A stretch of DNA of 64,000 nt from Octopus bimaculoides (Eukaryota), in contig NC_068996.1 in NCBI RefSeq assembly GCF_001194135.2, positions 49,480,270 through 49,544,269 of the forward strand. The letters are read 5' to 3'. The notes beneath the pieces were generated by a model. The model worked only from the letters and a program-made list of their open reading frames with translations, searched no databases and was not told the DNA's origin. Numbering within the stretch: position 1 is the stretch's first letter; each line of letters opens with the position of its first letter. Made by a program: the position numbers and the translations under genes. Positions 24,117 through 36,061 of the stretch are shown in pieces.

Positions 24117-24340
24117 GAAGGGTAGAGAGCTGGCGGAATCATTAGCACGCCGGACAAAATTCTTACTGATATTTCAATCATCTTCATGTTCTGAGTTTAA
24201 ATTCCACCGAGGTCAACTTTGTCTTTCATCCCTTTCGGGGGTCAATAAAATAAGTACAGTTGAGTACTGGGCTCGATACAATCAACTTGCCTGCTCCCCA
24301 AAATTGCTGGCCTCGTGCCAAAATTTGAAATCATTATTAT
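24117..24340 (+). mobile_element. SINE family B
   Basis: gagagctggcggaatcattagcacgccggac..gagtttaaattccaccgaggtcaactttg. Confidence 0.8.
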
Positions 24341-24694
24341 TATAAAGCGAAAGTGGAGGTATTGTTTTCAGTTGTGTTTGTTTGTCCGTGGACAAGATAT
24401 CTCCAGAACCACTGGATGGATTTGGATGAAACTTTCAGGGATGTTTGGCCTCATGATTGGCATGAACTGATTAGATTTTGAGATCGATCTGGTACCGGAC
24501 AAGGATTCTGGATTATTTTTTGAGTTTTTTCACTCAATTTTTGAGAGCGGTCGGGTTCATTTTTAGTATTCTCGTTTGTGAGAGCGTTCGAGTTTATTTC
24601 AGATATTCTCATTTTAAAAATCATCTCTGGCTAATCGTTGAGAGGACATAGGTGTTGCCTTGGTGGAGGTTTGCGCTCTCTGAGTGCTCATGTT
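24341..24694 (+). mobile_element. Helentron-associated non-autonomous element (HINE/DINE-like)
   Basis: ggaggtattgttttcag..gtttgtttgtccgtggacaagatatctc..gatggatttggatgaaactttcagg; 3' subterminal gccttggtggaggt then hairpin gcgctc-tct-gagtgc and TT. Second copy at 62970-63160. Confidence 0.65.
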
Positions 24695-25104
24695 ATTATT
24701 ATTGTTAAGGTCACGAGCAGGCAGAATTGTTAGCAGACTGCACGAAATGTCTAGTAGTATTTTGCCCATCACCATGTTGTGAGTTCAAACTTCGCTAAGG
24801 TCAATTTTGCCTTTCATCTTTTCAGTACCAGTGAAGGCTTTGTGCCTATAGTAAAATGGTTTATTATTGTTAAGACGGTGAGCTGATAGGAACATTAGCA
24901 TGTCAGGTAAAATACTTAGTGGCATTTTGTTCAGCTTTACCTTTTGAGTTCAAATTCTGCCAAAATCAACATTTGCTTTCATCCTTTCAGGGTTAATAAA
25001 ATAGGTACCAGTTGAGTACTGGGTTGATGTAACCAACTTACATCCTCCCCTGAACTTGCTGGCTTTGTGTCAGGACTTGTAACAAGTATTATTATCAGTA
25101 TTAT

Positions 25105-25665
25105 AATTGAGTGAGAGAGCAGTGCATGCCATCAGTGTGACACTGGGGTAAAATATACGAAGCCCATTATACCCATCATGACTACCCCTCTGATAAGAGT
25201 ACACCAGGCACATGCATCACAAGCATATGTGCATGACATGGTGATCTCATATCAAGATAAACAGTGCATGACCTTGCAAGTGGGGCCCACTTAGAACTTT
25301 CTTCATGTTGAGTAGGCCATCCTGCTCAAAAAGTCCCTGAATAAGGTTTGTTTCAGGATGTTGAGCAAAACACCCATATTTCCAAAGGTGAATTATTCGA
25401 ACTCCAAAGAATTCCTCTCAACACATGTCTATGATGCTCCCCCACCACTTCTGCTCGTGATCAGAGATGCACATATCGTCAGCCACCAAGGGACATGCTC
25501 AACTGGTTAAGGTCAAACAACTGACAAGCAAATCTGTGGTATTGAGCAAAATATTTGCTGTAGCCCATCTTTTATACCAAGACAAAACAATGTACATGAT
25601 AACACTTCCAATCAATTAAGATCAGAAGCCATGAGAGCCACTGCCTGGTACTGCATCAGGGCATT
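25105..25665. repeat. Unclassified ~550-bp interspersed repeat
   Basis: Single copy here, bounded by (ATT)-rich and (CTT)/(ATT)/(CAT) runs; recalled as a recurrent octopus repeat but not confirmable from this window. Confidence 0.3.
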
Positions 25666-25740
25666 TTCTTCTTCTTCTTCTTCCAATTCTTATTATTATT
25701 ATCATCATCATCATCATCATCATCATCATTATTATTATTT

Positions 25741-25960
25741 AGGCAGTGAGGTGGCAGAGTCATTATCATGCTGTGGGAAAATGCTTAGCAGCATTTCATC
25801 TATCATTACATTCCTAGTTCAAATTCTGCCATGGTCAACTTTGCCTTTCATCCTTTCAGGATTAATAAAATAAATACCAAATGAGCACTGGACTCAATGC
25901 AGTTGACATACCTGCTTCTTCCCCAAAATACCAGCCTTGTACCAAAATTTGAAATCAATA
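25741..25960 (+). mobile_element. SINE family B
   Basis: aggcagtgaggtggcagagtcattatc..gttcaaattctgccatggtcaactttgcctttcatcctttcagg. Confidence 0.75.
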
Positions 25961-26430
25961 TAATATCACTGGTTACTTGCTGTACAAACTGATTGCAATT
26001 CTGTATTTGGCAATGAGTCTGTAAAGCATGATAGTTTTCATGTGACAAACATGGTGAACTTACCAGCAAGCTACTGGCTTTTTTCTGGAATTTATTGCAG
26101 AAATATAACTGCCATACAATACAAATTAGTGCTATGGTCATCATCAGGTCTATAGTTAATCTTAAAATTCTTCATTTCAAGCTGGGAATTATCACTAAAG
26201 TTGGAAAACCATTTTCTACAGGTAAAACCTTATTAAAATTAAGTATTTCAGCTTTTATGGAAACTTTTTGAAACCAAGATTATGCGTCAGTATGTAACCT
26301 TCTACTGAATAAGTAATATAATTTGTAGCCACATGGATTAAATGCCATTTAATGTTAAGGTTCAACAGGTTAATAAACATTGTAGCAGATATCTTTCTGT
26401 TCAATTTGATGAATTTACCGATATTAGCAG

Positions 26431-26808
26431 TCATCATCATCATCATCATCGTTTAACGTCCGCTTTCCATGCTAGCATGGGTTGGACGATTTGACTGAGG
26501 ACTGGTGAAACTGGATGGCAACACCAGGCTCCAGTCTGATTTGGCAGAGTTTCTACAGCTGGATGCCCTTCCTAACGCCAACCACTCAGAGAGTGTAGTG
26601 GGTGCTTTTACGTGTCACCCGCACGAAAACGGCCACGCTCGAAATGGTGTCTTTTATGTGCCACCCGCACAAGCCAGTCCAGGGGCACTGGCAACGATCT
26701 CGCTCGAAAATCCTACAGGAGCCAGTCAGGCGGTACTGGCAACGGCCACGCTCAAAATGGTGCATCTCATGTGCCACCCGCACAAGAACCAGTCCAGGGG
26801 CACTAGTG
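26431..26808 (-). mobile_element. RTE LINE 3' end
   Basis: (cat)n tail, conserved terminal block, ~3 subrepeats. Confidence 0.88.
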
Positions 26809-27526
26809 AATCACATTATTCATGCATACATCTGATGTGTGAATGATGGCGAACTAGTTGAAGAGATGTTGTTTTGTGATAAAAAATCTAGTAACAATGG
26901 TGTTTGCAATGAACATCTCTGAAATATTATTCAAGAAATAAATGTAACATGGATCCAAATGGTTAAGAATTTCATTTTGCAACCATGAGGTTCCAGGTTT
27001 GATTCTACTGAGATTTGGGCAAGTGCCTTTTAACATTACTTTGGATCAGCCCAAGCCTTGTGAGCAACCTTGGGTAGATGGAAACTGTACTGAAGCTTAA
27101 TGAATGGATTCTTGTAACTGTAATTTAAAAATACAGCCATGTCACACACTTTTTCACATTGATTCTGCCTGAGTATAACTTTAAGAATACACATATCTAT
27201 GGTATACTCAACCACTTATGTGAGCAAGTGATTCAGTTGATCAAAGAGCTAAAGTGTTTGGTGTTTGGAGCATAAATTCACATGAAATTTTGATGGAAGA
27301 AAGGTTTAATTTAGATCACTTTAAAACCAAAAGTTTATATAATAAAACCAGGGACAGTCTCAAGTTGGGTTGGTATCAAAAGGGTGAAACTGTACCCCAA
27401 AGACCAGCCTTCCTCTACAGGACCAATGTTGATGCTTACATACACAAACATCCTAAACCAGCAATTCTCAACCATGGCTCCCAGGGCCACATGCAACCCT
27501 CAAGCATCTTTCTGAAGATCTTCCCT

Positions 27527-27960
27527 CATCATCATCATCATCATTGTTTAATGTACACTTCCCATGCTGGCATGGGTTGGACAGTTTGACATGGAGCTGT
27601 TCAGACTCCAACTGTCTGTTGTGGCTTGGTTTCTATGGCTGGATGCTGCCCTTCCTAATGCCAACCACTTTACAGAGTGTGCTGGGTGCTTCTTATGTGC
27701 CACTGGCACCTGAAAGGACAAGCCTGTATGTGTGGAAAACAGGGATTTTACTTAGCTTGATGTGTCTTATCAAATACTGCAAATAACCACATCTCCTGGT
27801 CCCCTGTCATACCCTCTGTGAGGCCCAACATCCGAAGATCCTTTCTCACCACTTCATCCCAAGTCTTCCTGGGTCTACCCCTTTCAGACATACACTCTAC
27901 TTCTTTGCACAGCTGTCCTCATTCATATGCATCACATGACCAAACCAACAGTCTTCTCTC
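27527..27960 (-). mobile_element. Older RTE LINE 3' end with short UTR
   Basis: Reverse complement shows ggtagacccaggaagacttgggatgaagtggtgaga (GRPRKTWDEVV) ~250 bp upstream of a (GAT)n tail. Confidence 0.75.
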
Positions 27961-28256
27961 TTGCACACAAATATTTTTCTTTGATGAACTTGTTTTCTAC
28001 TTTTTTTTGATGTGGCTCTCTAAAAAAAACCAGGTTTGGGATCTGGCCTAGATATTAAAAATAATAATGAACTTATTGTATACAGTGCTCAGGTGCATTA
28101 AAATTCATTAGAAAAAGTAAGCGAAACTACATGCACTGCACATGAATTATGCACAGGAAGTGAACTGTGAAAAAGTTTTCAAAAGTAAAAAAAAATCAGA
28201 GGTGGGGGGCATGAGGTGTACTGTTGGCAAATTTCAGGAAGCAGTGTCCTGACAGT

Positions 28257-28519
28257 GGAGGTGCAATGGCCCAGTGGTTAGGGCAGTGGACTCGCGGTCG
28301 TAGGATCACGGCTTCAATTCCCTGCCGTACTCTTTCACCACAACTTTCTCTTACTCTTTCTTCCTGTTTCTGTTGTGCCTGTAATTCAAAGGCCAGCCTT
28401 GTCACACTCCACATGTCTGTGGAGTGCTCAGCCACTTGCACGTTAATTTCACGAGCAGGCTGTTCCGTTGATCGGATCAACTGGAACCCTCATCGTTATA
28501 AACGACGGAGTGCCACAAA
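28257..28519 (+). mobile_element. tRNA-derived SINE family D, internally deleted
   Basis: ggaggtgcaatggcccagtggttagggcagtggactcgcggtc..; tail aactggaaccctc.tcgt. Confidence 0.85.
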
Positions 28520-29147
28520 AAGTGTCCTGACAACTAACAGCCAATGTGGATAGTTTATTCCATGCTTCAGCAATTCTGAGTGTGAAAAAATATTTCTTTG
28601 TTGTCTTTTTTAAAATTTTTGTAAGCATGTCAACAAGTATTAGACATATAGAATTCAAAAAGGTGCCCAATGTTATTATTGGAAACATGGTGGATAATCT
28701 TGTGGTTGTCCACTAAGTTAGTTGCCAGACATCAGGGCTTTAATGAGTCCATGCACAGGGAAGCAAGACATTCAGAGCATGGTAGATACCTGATGGCAGG
28801 TAATCTTATGGATGCACATATCTGAAGGTTTTGATAATCATTGTCCTAGACTGTATCCAAAAGAAAACCATCTGGTTGACTGGCAAAAACTCACTTGCTA
28901 ACAGTCCAATACTTCCTACCCATGGATATACTGTCACCTATCACTCTCCTATTTTATCAGGTGTTAGTCTAGCATGCAGTCTACTGCAGTATCTGTAATC
29001 TATGCTGTGTGAAATGATCTGATCTGGGTTCAAATTCAGTGTAGGGTTACAGTTATAGTTAGACTGCACAAAAAAAAAAGTTGTAGATAGATAGATAGAC
29101 CACATGCTAAGTGGCACCATTTACTACAATGGTCTATACTCCTGTGT

Positions 29148-29530
29148 GGAGGCGCAATAGCCCAGTGGTTAGGGCAGCGGATTCGCGGTCATAGGATCGC
29201 GGTTTCGATTCCCAGACCGGGCTTTGTGAGTGTTTATTGAGCGAAAACACCTAAAGCTCCACGAGGCTCTGGCAGGGGATGGTGGCGAACCCTGCTGTAC
29301 TCTTTCACCAAAAACTTTCTCTCACTCTTACTTCCTGTTTCTGTTGTACCTGTAATTCAAAGGGTCAGCCTTGTCACACTGTGTCACGCTGAATATCTCC
29401 GAGAACTACGTTAAGGGTACACGTGTCTGTGGAGTGCTCAGCCACTTGCACGTTAATTTCACGAGCAGGCTGTTCCGTTGATCTGATCAACTGGAACCCT
29501 CGACGTCGTAAACGACGGAATGCCAACAAC
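29148..29530 (+). mobile_element. tRNA-derived SINE family D, full length
   Basis: A box tagcccagtgg, B box ggtttcgattccc; body matches 35236-35595; tail gccaacaac. Confidence 0.9.
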
Positions 29531-29699
29531 TATACTCCTGTGAACTGACTAGTTGATACCACATCCTGGTACCTTGGACTCTTTTAGCAGAGTCCACTCT
29601 CTTGCAAATAATTCAGTTAGTAGCATGGTAGTATTAACTGATATTATTCTGTCTAATTTTGTTGTCCTCTCTGTTATAATAATGTATTTTAATAGCTTC

Positions 29700-31203
29700 T
29701 TGTCGTAAATGTACGGTCAACCAACTAGAAAGTATCATATTTATGTGTCTGATACAAACAAAAAAGTATTAATTGTCGATAACACCAACATTCTATGATG
29801 ATTTGACTATTGGAGCGTTGTTAATAGCAATATGGAAACCAAAAGCGAATACAAAGCAATACAGAATGAGTGAAATAAACAATGAAACGATTAACCAAGC
29901 GTTAATCGTTTAAGCGCTTTTAAAAACGGCAGTGACAATTTGTACATCATTTCCATGACCTTTTGCTGTCTACTACAAAACAACACACCACTAATCATCA
30001 CCTCGATCAGAAGATGAGACCAAGAAAGACTTGGAAAGGAGCATGGAATTAGGAACATTTATGTTCTATGCTAAATATTAACATTTAGGAAATATGCGAA
30101 ATCTTTCAATAGAAAATAATTAAACTTCGTATTTTCAATATAACAACACATACACGTACGCACGCGCACACGCACGTATGTACATCCCTATAGAATAGAA
30201 TCGGAAATTATCTACTGCTCAGAAACCATAATTTCTTTCGATTTGCACGTTTTAAGTAGCGTAGATTACGATTTTGCAAAACGAAAAAAGTCGATATTGA
30301 AAAATTACATAAAAGGTTTTTTTTTTTAAAGTCTTTACGATCTTCAAACATGCAGATCAGAAGAAATTAAGGGCTTAAGCGCATTTGACAATTTCCGACT
30401 CTATTCTATAGGAATACAGAGAGAGAGAGAGTGTGTAGAGTAGAAGTGTGAGTAGCTAGATGTATGGACACTTGTTATCGTTTACGTAGTGAGAGTGTAT
30501 ATGCGCATGTGTACAAATAAATATAGATAGAAACGTGTGTGTGTATACATCATGTGTGTTTGCGCTTATATATGTATGTATGTGCGTATGCGTGACTGCA
30601 TTTAATTTTATATAGCCTCGGTGTATAAAATCGGAGTAACGATTATGTTATTTCTACCTAAATTTGCTAGACTAATCAGTTTATAGTAAATAAGATCGTA
30701 ATAGTTTTTGGTAAGTCACTTCATAGAAGAGAGAAAGAGAGTAAGAGTCTAACGAAGTTGTTGTTTTTGGTTTGTTTGTTTGTTTTTTTCTCCTTTTTAT
30801 TTATTTATTAGAGTTTTTAAAGAAGTAGGTCACATCACATAGCTGAGTTTACTACTTTTATGCCTGCTTATATTTGCTTTTCAGTAACAACAAAATAGGG
30901 AAAATATTACACGAAACTTTTCTCATTATTATTTACATTTGTTTTACGTAATATAACACACACACACACACGCCCTTATATACAATCGCGCACATGCACC
31001 TATTAATGCATGCATATACATCCGATGCGTGCGATTTTGTACAGTAACGCATTCCTTTTTTAATATAAAAATAACTTTATCTGAAATAACACTTTGCAAA
31101 TCTTGGCCACTGTGTGTGTGTGTTTCATTATTGGAATTATGGTAAATATTTGTTTTTGTTTATTTTTTTCTATTCTCAACACATTTGTTTACCCTCACGT
31201 GTG

Positions 31204-31249
<46 letters not shown>

Positions 31250-31750
31250 AATCAGGTGAGACTGGCTCGATCAAAATTGTAGATATATATATATATGTAT
31301 ATGTGTGTATATGCTTGCATGTCGTATGTCTTAATTTGAGATATTGTAGTTTTCTCTCTTTGTAACTATGAAAACAAAAATAGAAAGTTTCTAAATTGAT
31401 TGGGGCCAAAAAATACCCCCCAAAACACGAAAGTAACCTTGTTTTTTTTTATGATAAAACTTCTGGAGCAAATATAAAAAAAAAGAGATGAGAAGGAAAA
31501 AAAAACACGTAGAAACGAAAGATAAATTCGACACAGCTCTGTCCAGGAAGTAATTAAACATTTTTTTTTTTTGTAAAAAAAGACTGTCTAGTTACCGCAA
31601 AATGTATAGTTTTGCAACAGTTTATTTGTCTAACTTAGAAAGGTTTAACTGAATAATCGTAAATAATAAGTAAAAGGAATGTTTCTGGACAAAACTTACT
31701 GGTGAAGCGGTTTTCTCTTACTTAAGTCGAGTATGTTTTTCCTTGGCACA
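29700..31750 (+). promoter_or_regulatory. CpG-rich, SINE-free putative promoter / first-exon region; donor site TTTG|GTAAGT at 30710/30711
   Basis: Visibly high CG dinucleotide density, no interspersed repeats for ~2 kb, consensus donor; transcription start not locatable. Confidence 0.35.
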
Positions 31751-31988
31751 TTCCTGTTTGCATTTTTGGATTTGTAATCTCCTTTTAAACTTTTTTTTTC
31801 GGTTTTTGTGTTTGATTTTATTCTTACAAGACCATATCTGTGCTTGTGCGTATGTATGCATATATATATTATATAGATATAGATATATACGCGTGTATGA
31901 AGACGAATTGATGTATATAAATTTCTTGCACTTTAAAAGTTTTTACTTCCGACAGCAGTTAAACTTCCTTTTTTTTTTTCTAATCTAG

Positions 31989-32207
31989 GGAATATTGGTC
32001 CTGCTGGGAATATTAGGTTGGCTGAAAATCCAAATTCCTCAACGAACTTTGACCTTTTTGATGGTGAAGGCAATGTGAACGATTCTTACAATATAGAAGC
32101 ATTGTCTCCACACGTTTCCCTTCAGGAAACCCATGGGAATTTTGGCACAAATGTCAGTGAAACTAACGAAAGTGTAACTGCTGAATCGGATACTGTTGGA
32201 AGTTCAG
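31989..32207 (+). CDS. Putative internal coding exon, 219 bp, phase 1-1; Asn/Ser/Thr/acidic-rich, possibly extracellular
   Basis: Polypyrimidine tract ending ctAG at 31987-31988; donor CAG|GTAACA at 32207/32208; open frame (G)NIGPAGNIRLAENPNSSTNFDLFDGEGNVNDSYNIEALSPHVSLQETHGNFGTNVSETNESVTAESDTVGSS; four N-x-S sequons. Confidence 0.55.
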
Positions 32208-32344
32208 GTAACAAATTAAAACCTTCTATTTTGATTGAACTGTTTTTTCTTAATTAGCACCGTGTTTATTAAACTGGAATTGTACTGTAAATTTTATTTT
32301 TTAAAAAATAGATTAGACTACAAACTTAGGATATTAATAATAAT

Positions 32345-32795
32345 AATAATCCTTTCTAACACAGCCTCAAATTTTGTGGGGGTGAGTTTCACAGTTACAC
32401 CCCCTCCCCCAAGCGATAGTGCATAACTGGTACTTAATTTATCGACCCCGAAAATATGAAAGGCAAAGTCGACCTCGGCAGGATTTGAACTCAGAACGTG
32501 GTGACAGACGAAATGCCGCTATGCATTTTGTCTGGTATGCTTACGATTCTGCCAGTTCGTCGCCTTAAGAACAATAATAATCTTTTCTACTGTTGGAACA
32601 AGGCCGGAAATCGGCACAATACTTGGACTAATCGATAATATTGATCCCTGTGCTCAACAGGTTCTTATTTTATCGACCTCGAAAAGATAATTGGTGAAGT
32701 CAACTTAAGCGGAATTTGAATTTCGAACATAGAGCCGGAAGAAATGCTGTTAAACATTCTGTCCGGCATAATAATGATTCTGCCAACTCACCACC

Positions 32796-32797
<2 letters not shown>
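32345..32797 (-). mobile_element. Two adjacent SINE family B copies (32345-32567, 32580-32797)
   Basis: Each has aaggcaaagtcgacctcggc.g.atttgaa-like body and an (AAT)n tail. Confidence 0.8.
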
Positions 32798-32836
<39 letters not shown>

Positions 32837-34164
32837 CATAATCATAGTCGTTTCTTTATTATCCACTAAAAGTTTACAAAAAGACCGAGGACATTACAGA
32901 ATGTGATACAATGTGGGATTTCTTGAAAGAGTAAACAGAAAAATAAAGAAACAATTATAACAATGGATAATTCCCCAAAAGAGAGAGAGAGATTTCTAAG
33001 GTGTACTAGTGGAAATCCCACAAAACCACAGTCAAATACTGAGGCAAGTGCCTTGTTTCTGTTGTTCTCATATCTACAAGTGCATGCTCAGAGTTGGCCC
33101 ATTCACTCAAGTCATACTCACCATTCCACCTTTCAATGAATTTTCCAGAAAGCAGCACTTCCCTCTCCACCCTTCCTTTTCAAGTGAAACGCGAGAAAGT
33201 TAATGAGAGTTTGGCTAAAGGGGGGGAGGTGTATATCTTAAGCTCTTTCAGTCTGGCCACCATGCAAACCTCTTTTGTTAAGGCCAAAGGAGAGCAAATG
33301 GATGATGTTTATGGTGGGCTCAACAGATCTGTTCTACATGTAACAGCAACTCTTCGACATAAACTCATAAGTCAGTAATGCTTCATGTACTGGACAGGTG
33401 AGTGCAGAAGGGCTGCATCACTCTGCATGCACGTCAAGCGGGCCCAGTTTATGGCACTTCCATACCTCTAGAGTTTATCTCAAACTGGTACTGCCAGGCA
33501 AAGGATTTCTAGAAATTATCCATGTTCCCCAGCCCAAAAGTCCTCCAGAATAGACCAGCCAGTTGATTTTCATCAATGCCTAAAGTTTCCCTAAGAGCAT
33601 TGTCATTCTTGCCCTTCACTAATGCTCTGTGGAACACCATGATGAAACTTCCACTAATCACACACAACCTGACTGTAAAGGGCTGTGAGCATTTGACAAC
33701 ATTCCAGATGACCCTCAACAGCCTTCCCTCTATAAATATGATACTTTTTTTTTCTTTAATTGACTTGCGTTTTACTTTGTTGGTGCAGAGCCCCTAAAAA
33801 AAAATCCAGGTTTTGGATCTGGCCTGGATATCAAAAAGGTTGAGAACCACTGGTATAAACAGCACAGAATTCTACAGAATCACTACCAAGTAATACACTA
33901 TATTCCCTACACAATCATCATACAATGAAATAACACACACCTTACATAGTATTTCACAGTTGACACCCAACACTATAACATCATTAGTCTGCATTTTACA
34001 TAGTTGTCACCTTATAATATTAATTCAACCCACACAACATTTATTTTAACACAATTGCCACCCAACATTAAAACACACGCTGCCAATCACACAGCAGAAG
34101 CCAATAACAACTCTATGTGTATTCTTATATGATTGACACCTGGTAAGGTGATACCAAGAACTCA

Positions 34165-34547
34165 CACAGGTGCGAAACCATGTAGTGAGAAGCTTGCTTC
34201 CTAACCACATGGTTCTGGGTTCAGTCCCACTGCGTGATACCTTGAGCAAATGTCTTCTCTATAGCCTCAGGCCAACCAAAGCTTTGTGAGTGGATTTGGT
34301 AGATGGAAACTGAAAGATGCCCATCATATATTTGTGTGTGTGTGTCTTTGTGCCTGCATTTGTCCTCCACCACCACTTGGCAACTGGTGTTGGTGTGTTT
34401 ATATCCCTGTAACTTAGCAGTTTGGCAAGAGAGACCGATAGAATAAGTACCAGGCTTTAAAAAATGAGGGGGCCCTAGAGTCAATGCGTTCAACTAAAAA
34501 TTTCTTCTGGGTGGTGCCAAAGCATGGCCACAGTCTGATAAGTAAAA
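34165..34547 (+). mobile_element. SINE family A
   Basis: Head, CORE-like segment, tail. Confidence 0.82.
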
Positions 34548-34724
34548 ATAACTCATGTTCACCTCATATGCATACTCTACTCATTCACTGAGCAGTGAAA
34601 TGATATTAAACTCACATTACTGAGGAAATGACAATGGATCAGGAGATGTGGTGATTTGCTGTTATTTGATAAAATGCATCAGGCGAAGTAAAATCCCTGT
34701 CTTCCACACATACAGGTTTGTCCT

Positions 34725-34945
34725 TTCAGATGCCGGTACCACATAAAAAGCATTTGTACCAGTGCTGCATGAATGCACCCATGCCGGTGGCACCTACAAA
34801 GCACCGAGCACACTCTGTAAAGTGGTTGGCTTTAGGAAGAGTATCCAGCCATAGAAACCATGTTGGAGTCTGGACAGCTCCAAGTCAACCTGTCCAACCC
34901 ATGCTAGCATGGAAAGCAAATGTTAAATGATGATGATGATGATGT
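34725..34945 (+). mobile_element. RTE LINE 3' end
   Basis: gtggttggctttaggaagagtatccagcc..ccaacccatgctagcatggaaag..(gat)n. Similar ends at 35636-35835(-), 48170-48412(+), 54578-54812(+), 60965-61143(+). Confidence 0.75.
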
Positions 34946-35235
34946 TGATCACAGCAGGAATTAGTATTGAGGATGGTAGAAACATCTGGCCCAGAGTCAC
35001 AGTGTCTGATTCGACAAAGCTCATGATGTTATGTGAGAGGTTTTTTTTTTTGCTACATTGATGGGTGGCTCTGGGTAACTCTGGTATCATGGTGGAAGGG
35101 GCCAGAGCACCTTCAGAGCTGCTCCACCACCTGATGAAACATTGAAGATTACATTCGGAAATGGGGTAAAACAGCACTCTCAGTGCACAGCTGTTTACCC
35201 TAAATAATTATGCAACAGACGGCACACTAAAATAT

Positions 35236-35595
35236 GTTGTTGGCACTCCATCGCTTACAACATCGAGGGTTCCAGTTGATCCGATCAACGGAACAGCCTG
35301 CTCGTGAAATTAACGTGCAAGTGGCTAAGCACTCCACAGACACATGTACCCTTAACGTAGTTCTCGGGGATATTCAGTGTGACAAGGCTGACCCTTTGAA
35401 ATACAGGCACAACAGAAACAGGGAGAAAGTTGTGGTGGAAGAGTACAGCAGGGTTCGCCACCATCCCCTGCCGGAGCCTCATGGAGCTTTAGGTGTTTTC
35501 GCTCAATAAACACTCACAACACCCGGTCTGGGAATCGAAACCGCGATCTTATGACCGCGAGTCCGCTGCCCTAACCACTGGGCCATTGCGCCTCC
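35236..35595 (-). mobile_element. SINE family D, full length
   Basis: Reverse complement of the 29148-29530 type; older related copy at 37005-37275(-). Confidence 0.9.
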
Positions 35596-35841
35596 ACACA
35601 CTAAAATAACATAAGCATTAACAATATAAAATTCATCATCATCTTTATCATCATTTTGCCTCCACTTTCCATGCTGGCATAGGTTAAACAGTGACAAGAT
35701 CTGACACATCAGAAAACCACATCATGCTATACTGCATTAGTTCTGGCTTGGTTTCTATAGCTGGATGCCCTTCTTAGTGCCAACCACTTTACACTGTGTA
35801 CTGGATGATCTTTTTGTGGTACCAGCACTTGCAAAGTCATC

Positions 35842-36061
35842 TTAACTCTTTTGATATCAACCAACCTAGACCGCCCCAGGTTCTATGATGTAAACTTACT
35901 GTTCTAAAGTGGTCTAAAATTACAATTTTCCATCAAAATTTTACGTTAATTTGCTCCAAACTCCAGCTTAATAATGAGAAAGTCATTTGACGAAATACTT
36001 CAAAAATTAATTGAAATAAAGGCAGCATATGTTGACCAAAATATGATAACAAAAGGGTTAA
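35842..36061. mobile_element. piggyBac-like MITE (~215 bp) with TTAA at both ends
   Basis: TTAActctttttgata...ataacaaaagggTTAA; same family at 49581-49801, fragments near 18770-18870 and 27250-27386. Confidence 0.7.

Noticed and set aside
29148-29220. tRNA gene calls for SINE heads (also 35520-35595, 50166-50235)
   Set aside because: A and B boxes are present but no full cloverleaf or acceptor stem, and they continue into SINE bodies.
31621-31730. Possible coding exon ending at GTATGT (31731) upstream of the 219-bp exon
   Set aside because: The frame compatible with phase 1 contains TGA, so it cannot be supported as coding.
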